This document shows, piece after piece, positions 27,825 to 36,745 of a DNA stretch of 64,000 bases. Made by a program: the position numbers and the translations under genes. The first letter of the stretch is position 1; each line of letters starts with the position of its first letter. Source of the stretch: a bacterium (GTDB lineage: Bacteria > Zixibacteria > MSB-5A5 > GN15 > FEB-12); NCBI GenBank assembly GCA_043811375.1, contig JBDRNJ010000009.1:1-64000 (forward strand). Reading direction: 5' to 3'. The notes under the pieces are model-generated. The model searched no databases, had not been told where the DNA came from, and saw only the letters and a program-made list of their open reading frames with translations.

Positions 27825-28403
27825 CTATTTGAGCCTGGAACCTTCGGGTGGACTGCCGAAAGTTGCACTGCCCTCGGATTGGGTTTGCTCGAAGCCAACC
27901 GATCGAAGAACCATCACTTCATCGCCCATCGTGATATGGCCGAATTGGACTACCATCGGCGTGCTAGTACCTCGCAATTCCGGGTGGAAGTCCAGAAAAA
28001 CAACAACCTGGGCCAGATATACGCCGGACCCCAATGACAAGCGGCCACCCGACCTATTGAACTTCGTGAAACCTGATATGTTGACTAAGGATCGCCGGCC
28101 ACCGTCAATCGTGTCGATCTCCCAAACGTGCAGGTAGTCGGCGATCAACCGTCCCTTCCCAGTCAGCAAGCGTGGGTCAGATAAGTCAACGTCAATAGAA
28201 TCCTTAACCTCCAATCGCAGAACTGCTCCAATGATGGCAGGGGATTTTTGATAGCTCACCCAGGCATAGACAGAAGTGGCATCTTCCACCATCTGCCGAT
28301 ACTCCGCTTTCGTCGCCTCACTCGGGATCCAGATCGTTATAGGTTTGCCGCACCCGCACAAGACTGGCAACAATACCACAAAGAGTAATGACCATCGCTT
28401 CAC
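27825..28403 (-). CDS. Putative lipoprotein of unknown function
   Basis: GGAGGG RBS before GTG 28403. 'MKRWSLLFVVLLPVLCGC' lipobox. The longer ORF start overlaps the tRNA and is spurious. Confidence 0.65.
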   Translation of the reverse strand: MKRWSLLFVVLLPVLCGCGKPITIWIPSEATKAEYRQMVEDATSVYAWVSYQKSPAIIGAVLRLEVKDSIDVDLSDPRLLTGKGRLIADYLHVWEIDTIDGGRRSLVNISGFTKFNRSGGRLSLGSGVYLAQVVVFLDFHPELRGTSTPMVVQFGHITMGDEVMVLRSVGFEQTQSEGSATFGSPPEGSRLK

Positions 28404-28501
28404 AAAGACCCTCCGTTTCTCCGGAGCGTTACAGCGCCGAGTCCCGCCGTCCATGACTGTCGGGCCGTACCTCGCACTGAACCTGCTCTCCAATAAAAAA
28501 A

Positions 28502-28574
28502 TGGAGCAGATCGGGATCGAACCGACGACCTCCACGTTGCGAACGTGGCGCTCTCCCAACTGAGCTACTGCCCC
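28502..28574 (-). tRNA. tRNA-Ala (anticodon CGC), CCA not encoded
   Basis: GGGGCAGTAGCTCAGTTGGGAGAGCGCCACGTTCGCAACGTGGAGGTCGTCGGTTCGATCCCGATCTGCTCCA. G3:U70 alanine determinant, anticodon loop TTCGCAA, GGTTCGA T-arm. Confidence 0.97.
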
Positions 28575-28848
28575 AAACACAAGTGTTCTCTATGGCACAA
28601 GTGCCGTTTGTATTGTCTCTCCGCGGGGTTCTCGGAACCCGACAGAGTGATTATCGGTCCAGCCGTTGCGATAATAAACAAAAACCCGCCGATGTTCAAG
28701 CGGTTTGTGACCTCCGTACTGCAACCCAACCGGGGCAAAAACAGCCAACTTCAGAGCCATTACGCCCCCGCCGGATATTCCGCTTGCTATGTCACTGTTG
28801 GCTTGCGTATCATGTATCGGTTATTTGTATGCTAAACTAAGAGGTCAC

Positions 28849-30597
28849 ATGTACACCAGGCGGCGGGTTATAAAGGGTGTTTCGATTTCGTCGGGGATAG
28901 TCCTGGGCCAGGCCCGGGTAGTGATGCCCGGAGCGATCGAGGTGGTTGCCCGGCGAGTGCCCGCCTCCCGGGTCAAAGCCGAGGTAGCCGCCTTGGAGCA
29001 GGCAATCGAACAGACTATCGACGATCTCCGCTCATTGCGTGACTCGACCATAAAACAAATCAGCGGCCGGGTGGCCAAGATTTTTGACGCTCAACTGCTG
29101 ATAGCCGGCGACTACGAGTTTCTCAAGACAGTCAAAGCCGAGATTGCCGGGCAGCACCACAATGCCAGCTTTATATATCAATCGCTGATCAATCAAACGA
29201 CGGCCAAACTGAAGAAGTCATCAGACACCTATTTGCGGCAGATGGCAATTGATATCGAGGCCGTTGCTTCGCGGGTGCTTTCGCACCTGGCAGGACATGA
29301 AGAAAGCGACACGAAATTTGCTCCGCAAACGATTCTGGTGGGAAAGACGTTTTCACCTAACGACATCGTCAGCTACCGGAAACGCAAAGCTATCGGTTTT
29401 CTGGTCTCGGAAGGTGGCAGTGATTCGCACATGGCGCTTATCGCTCGTTCCCTGATGGTGCCGGTAGTGCTGGCCGATGATATTTGGCAGCAGACACCCA
29501 ACAACTGTCGACTTATCCTTGATGGCATTTCCGGCCAGGTGATCGTTCACCCCTCAGACGAAGACTGGGACGAATTCCAGAAACGGAAGAAACGGCTGGG
29601 ACCGACCACAATAACCCGTATCAAACGGCTCCCTCGTATCCCGCCGGTGACGCGCGACGACTGTGAAGTTGTGGTGGCCGCCAATCTGACGCTGCCCGGC
29701 CCGGCCGATGATATTCTGGCGGCACGGGGTATCCCCATCGGTCTGTATCGTACCGAGTTTCTCTACCTGGCTCACGGGCGATTCCCGGATGAAAAAACAC
29801 AGTACTCTTATTATCGTCAGGTAGCGGAAAAATTCGCTCACGCCAGCGTGGTGCTGCGAACGTTCGACCTGGGCTATGACAAATCTATGTCTAATTCAAA
29901 GTGGCCACGGGAAGACAACCCGGCCCTGGGTTGGCGGGGTATTCGAGCCATGCTGGATATGAGTCAACTTTTCAAAACCCAGATTCGCGCCATTCTTCGG
30001 GCTTCCGTACACGGCAACCTGAAAATCCTGCTGCCGATGATCTCGCAGGTGGCCGAACTGGAGAAGGCCAGAAAGCTGATCGCCCAGGTGAAGTTCCAGT
30101 TGCGCAAAGAGGGAGTGGACTTTGATCGTAATATTGAAATCGGCATCATGGTAGAGGTCCCGGCGGCGGCGATGATCGCCGATCGGCTGGCGGCTGGTGT
30201 CGATTTTATGTCGATCGGCACGAACGACCTGACCCAGTACACCCTGGCAGCGGACCGAACCAACCGCAAGGTGGCTGATCTCTACAGCCCCTACCACCCA
30301 TCGGTGCTGCAGTTGATCGGGATGACAGTAACGGCCTGCCTCAAGGCCAAGCGATCGGTCTCGATTTGCGGGGAGATGGCCGGTGACGTGCTGGCGTTGC
30401 CGCTGTTTATCGGCATGGGAGTCAATATGTTGTCGATGAGTCCGGCGCGGATATTTGATCTGTGTCGAGCAACAGAGAAAATCGACTCGCGGCTGGCCCA
30501 ACACCTGGTAGCAACGATCCTGACCAGCGGCTCGGCCGGTGAAGTAATCAGTAAACTGGAAAACTACAGAATAGCTGTGGATAGACGGAAACAATAA
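28849..30597 (+). CDS. ptsI: Phosphoenolpyruvate-protein phosphotransferase (PTS enzyme I)
   Basis: Phospho-His motif 'GGSDSHMALIAR', 'IGLYRTEF', 'EDNPALGWRGIR', 'DFMSIGTNDLTQY', 'ICGEMAG'. GAGG before ATG 28849. Confidence 0.93.
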   Translation: MYTRRRVIKGVSISSGIVLGQARVVMPGAIEVVARRVPASRVKAEVAALEQAIEQTIDDLRSLRDSTIKQISGRVAKIFDAQLLIAGDYEFLKTVKAEIAGQHHNASFIYQSLINQTTAKLKKSSDTYLRQMAIDIEAVASRVLSHLAGHEESDTKFAPQTILVGKTFSPNDIVSYRKRKAIGFLVSEGGSDSHMALIARSLMVPVVLADDIWQQTPNNCRLILDGISGQVIVHPSDEDWDEFQKRKKRLGPTTITRIKRLPRIPPVTRDDCEVVVAANLTLPGPADDILAARGIPIGLYRTEFLYLAHGRFPDEKTQYSYYRQVAEKFAHASVVLRTFDLGYDKSMSNSKWPREDNPALGWRGIRAMLDMSQLFKTQIRAILRASVHGNLKILLPMISQVAELEKARKLIAQVKFQLRKEGVDFDRNIEIGIMVEVPAAAMIADRLAAGVDFMSIGTNDLTQYTLAADRTNRKVADLYSPYHPSVLQLIGMTVTACLKAKRSVSICGEMAGDVLALPLFIGMGVNMLSMSPARIFDLCRATEKIDSRLAQHLVATILTSGSAGEVISKLENYRIAVDRRKQ

Positions 30598-30610
30598 TAG
30601 GATAGGGATT

Positions 30611-31693
30611 ATGGAAACCACATCAGTATTGGACGATGTTGAAAAAATAAGAGCCACTGATCCCGGCAATATGTACAACAGCATATTCGATTTCCCGGAA
30701 CATCTCTCCGATGGTTTCAAGATCGGTCAGAAATGGCAGATTACCAAAAGCGAGTTTGCCGGGATCAAGAACATCGTTGTGGTGGGTATGGGCGGCTCCG
30801 CCATTGCCGGTGATATGGTACGCAGCCTTCTAACGCCAAACCTGCTGGTGCCCCTTCAGATTTGCCGGCATTACACTCTTCCCGAATATGTCGATGATGA
30901 AACACTGGTAATAGCCTGTTCCTACAGCGGCAGCACCGAAGAAACACTGGCAGCTTTCGACAACGCCTTATCTCGCAAAGCAATGATGGTGGCGCTGACC
31001 ACAGGCGGGATGCTTAAAGAAATGGCCGACCTGAATTCGATACCCACCGCTACACTTCCCTCCGGTCTTCAGCCACGGGCCGCGTTGGGTTACTACATAA
31101 TGCCACTACTGGCTTTCCTGGAGAAGATCGGTCTCATCAAGAACTTCACCAAAGAGTTGAAGGGCATTACCGAGCGACTGGCCATCTACAGGGAGAAATA
31201 CATCGAAGATAACTCGACTCTTCAGAATCCGGCCAAGAATATCGCCGAGAAGATCCACGAGCGGATTCCTGTTATCTATTCGGGGCCGATGCTTACCGAC
31301 GGCGTGGCCTTGCGCTGGAAGTGCCAGATTTGCGAGAATTCCAAAATGCTCGCTTTTACGAATCAGTTTGCTGAGTTCAACCACAACGAACTGGTAGGCT
31401 GGTCAGATCTGATACAGCGGCACCACGAACATCTGATAGTCATTATCCTGCGCGACTCTGAGGATCACCCTCAGATCCGCAGGCGCATGAACATTGTTAA
31501 AGAGTACATCAAACAACAATCAGTGGATGTTATCGAAGTTCACTCGCGCGGTGAATTGCCGCTGGAGCGGATGTTGAGCCTGGTTCAACTGGGAGATTTT
31601 GTCTCTTACTACCTGGCTGTACTGAACGAGGTTGATCCGACACCGGTTGACGTTATTGAACGGCTGAAAGTAGCCCTGCAACGCGAACAGTAA
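30611..31693 (+). CDS. Bifunctional phosphoglucose/phosphomannose isomerase (SIS)
   Basis: 'GMGGSAIAGD', 'SYSGSTEETL', 'QPRAA', 'RWKCQICENSK', 'EFNHNE', 'VDPTPV..IERLK'. Confidence 0.92.
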   Translation: METTSVLDDVEKIRATDPGNMYNSIFDFPEHLSDGFKIGQKWQITKSEFAGIKNIVVVGMGGSAIAGDMVRSLLTPNLLVPLQICRHYTLPEYVDDETLVIACSYSGSTEETLAAFDNALSRKAMMVALTTGGMLKEMADLNSIPTATLPSGLQPRAALGYYIMPLLAFLEKIGLIKNFTKELKGITERLAIYREKYIEDNSTLQNPAKNIAEKIHERIPVIYSGPMLTDGVALRWKCQICENSKMLAFTNQFAEFNHNELVGWSDLIQRHHEHLIVIILRDSEDHPQIRRRMNIVKEYIKQQSVDVIEVHSRGELPLERMLSLVQLGDFVSYYLAVLNEVDPTPVDVIERLKVALQREQ

Positions 31694-31710
31694 ACCGCTG
31701 ATCGGCTGCT

Positions 31711-31911
31711 GTGATAACGGTTGATATTCAGATCGACGAACTAATTCGTCGTTATCCGGATGCAATCGCTTACCTGATCAGAAACGATCTGCCGTGCGTG
31801 GTCTGCGGCGAGCCGTTTTGGGGAACTCTCATAGAACTGGCCGATCAGAAGGGGTTTACCAGAGATCGCATAGAGGTAATCGTAGCGGAATTCAACAAAC
31901 TCCACCCTTGA
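31711..31911 (+). CDS. Small DUF1858-like CxxC protein
   Basis: 'ITVDIQIDELIRRYPDAIAYL...LPCVVCG..TLIELA'. Follows directly in the operon. Confidence 0.7.
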   Translation: MITVDIQIDELIRRYPDAIAYLIRNDLPCVVCGEPFWGTLIELADQKGFTRDRIEVIVAEFNKLHP

Positions 31912-31941
31912 AAGGACGGTAGTGTCTCAACCTGAATCTTT

Positions 31942-33906
31942 TTATTCTCTAAAATACTTTTGAACCCAATCGTAGTACGCTTGGTACGTTTCTTTGCCGG
32001 GCTCCTCGTGACCTTTGTCGGCCTCCGGGTGAAACTCTACCTGACCACCTAACTGTTCGAGTCGAGTCACCAGCGTTTCAGTAATCTTGTATGGCGCATT
32101 TCGGTCCCTCTCGCCATGAAAGACAAACATAGGTATATTGTAAAACAGGGTCAGCAGGTCAGGATGCGTAAAGTCAGGATAGTCGTTCCCCGGATACCAA
32201 TCGTTGGCAAGATTGGGATGACCACTGAAAACAGCAAGTCCCCTGAACTTCTCAGGTGTTTCGTAAAATGTCCTGTAAACTCCGTAACCTCCCATTGAGA
32301 AACCGCAGAGAAGAATACCGGCCGTGTCAATCGGATATACTGTGATTACCGCGTTGATCGCCTCGGCAATATCCTCCTGGGCATGATCGAAGGTGAAGCA
32401 GTTGGAGGTTCCGCGCCCCCGTGGAGCCAGACCAATAAAACCTTCCGGAATCATCTTTACCACTCCGCGATCTCTAAGACTGTATTCTGTCGAGGCGCTT
32501 CCGTGCAGATACACAAAAAGCGGGTATGTCTGCCCCGGATCATAATCATCCGGAACCCAGACCATATATGGCTGCAATGTACTGTCGATCTCGGATCGAT
32601 ACGCTCTGCGAACAAAACCTGTCTGTCCCGAGTAAGGGTCCCTGCCCGCCAGAGACTCCTCGATCTGGCGCTCCAGACGGGTCAATCGAATCCGTTGCCG
32701 GACGCAAGTTTCATAGGACCTCGCCGAATCAATCTGATCTGCCACTTCATCGAGCTTAAACATGAGTGTTGATACGGTGCTTGAGGATATTTGCGCAGAT
32801 GCCCCGGTCAGCCTGGAACGAATTGCATCATAATCTGTTGGTGGGAGGATAGATAGTCCTGTCTCGCCTTCAGATTCATCGGGGCCGTGCTGCCATTTGA
32901 CTCTATAGCCGCCTGAGGACAGCGGCGCGGTATTTACGTTAAACGAGTGTTGGCTGAACCCTGGCTTAGTAGCGTAGGTGGTCTTCTCATAAACGACCGC
33001 ATCGCCTTCACCGGCAAGTACCAGTACAGTGAGTGAGTCCTCTCCGTCAGCGTTTGCCACAGTCACGGACGTCACGCCTATGCTGTCGCCTTCGAATATG
33101 TGTCCTTGATCAGCTTGAACAAATGTTTGAAACTCACCAGTGACGGTAGGCTGCTCAAACTGCAGCAGCGCATAATGCCGGGGGTGTCGTTCACATCCGA
33201 TACATTCATCATACACAACGTCGTATGTTATGCGCCCTTCCGTCTTGATTGCTTTGACAAAACGTAAATTGAATCCGATACCATCGGAAATCCAGGGATG
33301 GTACGGATGAACATCTCGCCACGGCAGAAGCAATTCGAAGCTGACCACGCCATCCCCATCGTGGAATTCCAGTTCGGTATCCTCGCTTGTGCGAACAAAG
33401 ATATTATTTACGTTGTAGTACCAAAAGATCCGCCGCGATCACTCCATTCGCGGTTTGTCGACCGCAGAACAGGCCAGAACATAAAACTCATCGGTCGGTT
33501 CATTGTCGGGACGGGGCATCGCCAAAACCATGTGAAACCCGTCCCCCATCTGATATGCTCGATCCCGGTAGATTAGACTATCAGCCTCTGCTTCTATAAA
33601 AACGTAGAGGAAATTAGTGCCGTAAGCCATACGATAATTGACTTCCGGGGTGGGTCCATCATATTCCTGTTTAGTCACACGGGTAAACGTTCGGATCGAC
33701 AAATTGGACAGGTGGTTATCCAGGACTCCGTCAATAATCGGAGCGTGTTCGAGAAATTGCACATAATCGCTGATTATCTCCGGAGAATCGGCCGTTAAAG
33801 CCGTATCGGGAGAACCCTCATCGCACGCTGCCGTTTGCCGGGCAGTCACGCAAAGGCATACTACGAACAGAATCAATTGCACTCCGGAGCTAAACGATCT
33901 GGTCAT
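31942..33906 (-). pseudogene. Secreted CBM9-like + alpha/beta-hydrolase gene interrupted by a single in-frame TGA
   Basis: ORFs 33439-33906 and 31942-33348 share a frame, and the only stop is TGA at 33439-33441. Signal peptide, 'APIIDGVLD', 'YLHG', 'GFSMGG', 'HGERD', 'GH'. Confidence 0.8.
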
Positions 33907-34193
33907 GGAAACCTCTTGATATTCTGGTCAATCAACTTTTCATACGTACAGTTTGATGAGATATGAGTAGCTTGTCCATAAAAAAAAGTGCCCGTGCAAC
34001 GCATTCTTCTGCTGATAGCGCTGGTGACTGCCCGGCCACTGTCACTTTGTTACCGGCAGCACCGAGGCCTTAGCCCGGTTGAAACAGGCCAAAGCCCACT
34101 ACCTGTTCAGTTCTTGAACAAGGTGTCGATAGTAACCAATAGATGGAATATCGGTACTTTCAACATCGGAAGAACTAATCAAAGGGTTTCAAT

Positions 34194-35468
34194 ATGGAAA
34201 CTACGGGACATTGTGAAGCTGCCAGCGACTACTACGATGATGTGTTCAATTCGGGGGTGTACAACCAGGCTGCGCGCGCACCGCTTTACCGCCGGATATT
34301 TTCGATAATCAACAAATACGACTCCCCGCGGGTGCTCGAAATCGGCTGCGGCACCGGCGATCTCGGCAAGTTGTTGGTCGATGCGCGAATTCCATACCGT
34401 GGATTTGACTTCAGCAAGGAGGGACTTCGCATCAGCCGGAACCTTTGTCCCGAGGGTGACTTCCGGTTCGGCCAGGCATACGATCCGGCCATGTACCAAC
34501 CAGTTGACTACAATGTTGTCGTGGCGCTGGAAGTCCTGGAGCATGTTGACGATTTGAGATTGCTCGGCAATATCCCTCCCGGTGTGCGGTTTGTTGCGTC
34601 AGTGCCGGATTACGATGATGAATCACATCTGCGATTGTATACCGATCCTCAAAAAGACATTATCGAACACTTCGCCGAAAACCTGGAGATATCTGAAGTT
34701 GGTGTCATGACCGGGAAAGACGAAAAAACCGGCCGACAGACGCGCATCTTTTTCTTTGAAGGTGTCAGACGCCCCGCCACCAGTGTCCCACAGCCACCGA
34801 CCGGCCACGAAGTGAGCGAGGACAGACCGAAAACAAGCTCTACAACGTCTGTCAATGGCCCGCTGACGTCACGCAAGCTTCATTTGGGATGCGGGCGCAC
34901 GATCCTTGATGGATGGGTCAATCTCGACTGCACTGAGCTTCCTGGTGTCAACATAATAGCCGATCTGGACGACTGTGCCGAGACTCCTCTGCCTTTTGAT
35001 GATGATTGCTTCGAGGAGTTCCTGGCCAGTCATTTGATAGAGCACATCGCCAACCCCCTGCCCCTGATGCAGGAACTGCATCGAATCGCCCGCAATAACG
35101 CCAAAGCGGTTTTCCGGCTGCCATACGGCTCCACTGACAGCGCCTTCGAAGATCCCACCCATGTACGGCCATATTTTATCCATTCCTTCGGTTATTTCTC
35201 ACAACCGTACTATTGGCGCGCCGACTACCAATACCGCGGCGATTGGGCTGTTGAAAAGATCACCCTGGCCGTCGATCGGGGGCGATACGAGGGCAAGAAG
35301 GTATCTGAGATCGCCTTGGATATTGAGCGCTATCGAAATGTCGTCCAAGAAATGATTGTCGAGCTTCGCGCCGTCAAACCGATCCGACCACCCCGGCGCG
35401 ATCTGATCGTTGAGCCGAAAATCGAACTGGCTTTTGCGGTTCCGGCGCCGACGGTTTCGCCATCGTAA
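34194..35468 (+). CDS. Protein with two class I SAM-dependent methyltransferase domains
   Basis: 'VLEIGCGTG...ALEVLEHV' and 'KLHLGCG...LASHLIEH...DPTH', joined by a Pro/Thr/Ser linker. Confidence 0.85.
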   Translation: METTGHCEAASDYYDDVFNSGVYNQAARAPLYRRIFSIINKYDSPRVLEIGCGTGDLGKLLVDARIPYRGFDFSKEGLRISRNLCPEGDFRFGQAYDPAMYQPVDYNVVVALEVLEHVDDLRLLGNIPPGVRFVASVPDYDDESHLRLYTDPQKDIIEHFAENLEISEVGVMTGKDEKTGRQTRIFFFEGVRRPATSVPQPPTGHEVSEDRPKTSSTTSVNGPLTSRKLHLGCGRTILDGWVNLDCTELPGVNIIADLDDCAETPLPFDDDCFEEFLASHLIEHIANPLPLMQELHRIARNNAKAVFRLPYGSTDSAFEDPTHVRPYFIHSFGYFSQPYYWRADYQYRGDWAVEKITLAVDRGRYEGKKVSEIALDIERYRNVVQEMIVELRAVKPIRPPRRDLIVEPKIELAFAVPAPTVSPS

Positions 35469-35865
35469 TGAAAGCCCGGACGCGGTTTATCTGATGGCAT
35501 GGCTCTTTTATTAATCTCACTTTCTCGGTTTCATAGTTCGTTCTTTATATTCGTTTTCTTTAGAGTAATTCTCGAAATAACTTCCGATATAGTGGCTGGT
35601 GTACCTCCCGGTGCACCAGCATCTGACCGCGCTAATACTGGCGCACGGGGACGTACGCCAGTCACAAAGCATAGAGAGCAAACGGAACATTTTTATGGGA
35701 ATCACTCTATTCGAGTGTACGTATCGCCCAATCAGCGGCAATCAAGTCGATATTGGCGTTTTCCTCCCTGATCGGGCAGTCAGTAGTTAACGGAACACAA
35801 AACATCCTGCTGTATATAAGAATCTGATGGTCTCTGCCAACGGGCGCGACAATCCGGTGCGTCGC

Positions 35866-35894
35866 TTGACAGTAGAACCGTCAATTAGTATAAT
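35866..35894 (+). promoter_or_regulatory. Consensus sigma70 promoter of the ABC operon with an overlapping inverted repeat
   Basis: TTGACA-N17-TATAAT. TTGAC-N9-GTCAA at 35866-35884. Confidence 0.8.
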
Positions 35895-35974
35895 TGCAAT
35901 TCTCGATTTCGTCTGAAGGAACGGAATTGAACTATATAAATGATGAAGATATCTAATCCAAAGCTGAGGTATAA

Positions 35975-36745
35975 ATGTTGGCAGAAAACTCGAACATGAC
36001 CATGATTGAAGCCCATGGGCTGACCAAGTATTTCGGATCCTTTGTGGCCATCAAGGACATCTCGTTTAGTATCCCGAAAGGCCGGATTGTCGCATTTCTG
36101 GGACCCAACGGAGCAGGTAAATCGACCACCATGAAGATTCTGGCCGGTTTTCTGGCAGCCAGCGAAGGTACCGCGGCCATAGCCGGCCACGACATTCGCA
36201 GCCAGCGACTTCAGGCAGCACAACATCTTGGTTATCTGCCGGAGGACGGTCCCCTCTATGACGATTTAACTCCGGTCGAACTGCTTCGGTTTTTCGGTGA
36301 AGCACGGGGACTGCACGGAGCCGAACTGTCTCAACGGCTGGAGGCGGTTGATGGTTTGTGTGCCCTGCGTAATGTTTGGGAGAAGCCGATCGGCAAGCTC
36401 TCGCGCGGTTATCGGCAGCGGGTTGGTCTGGCTCAGGCGCTGTTGCACGACCCGGATATCTTAATCATGGATGAACCGACAGCCGGTCTGGACCCCAACC
36501 AGATCCGGGATTTCCGTACCAACATCAGGGAGTTGGGCAAATCCAAAACGATCCTGATCTCCACTCACATTCTCCAGGAAGTCGAGGCGGTAGCTCAGCG
36601 CGTGCTGCTGGTACACGAAGGACGGCTTCTCTTTGACGGCCCTCCGGAAGAACTGAGGACAGACGGCTCACTGGAGCAGACGTTTTATCGAATGACGGGA
36701 CATACTCCTGCCGGGACCGCCGAGCCCGAGGGAGGTGCGGTATGA
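35975..36745 (+). CDS. ABC transporter ATP-binding protein (GldA-like)
   Basis: Walker A 'GPNGAGKST', signature 'LSRGYRQR', Walker B '[15 protein letters not shown]', 'STH'. Confidence 0.92.
   Translation: MLAENSNMTMIEAHGLTKYFGSFVAIKDISFSIPKGRIVAFLGPNGAGKSTTMKILAGFLAASEGTAAIAGHDIRSQRLQAAQHLGYLPEDGPLYDDLTPVELLRFFGEARGLHGAELSQRLEAVDGLCALRNVWEKPIGKLSRGYRQRVGLAQALLHDPDILIMDEPTAGLDPNQIRDFRTNIRELGKSKTILISTHILQEVEAVAQRVLLVHEGRLLFDGPPEELRTDGSLEQTFYRMTGHTPAGTAEPEGGAV

Noticed and set aside
26053..28403. Integron cassette array or tRNA-integrated prophage/ICE
   Set aside because: No attC RYYYAAC..GTTRRRY pairs, no integrase and no duplicated tRNA 3' end were found by eye.
28404..28580. N-terminal extension of ORF 27825-28580
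   Set aside because: It overlaps tRNA-Ala, and a better RBS and signal peptide begin at 28403.
33439..33441. Genome-wide UGA recoding or selenocysteine
   Set aside because: TGA ends many conserved genes here at homologous C-termini, and no clear SECIS or redox motif is present.
35470..35860. AT-rich ~400-bp gap with short ORFs
   Set aside because: No convincing RBS, domain, repeat or fold was seen; left unannotated.
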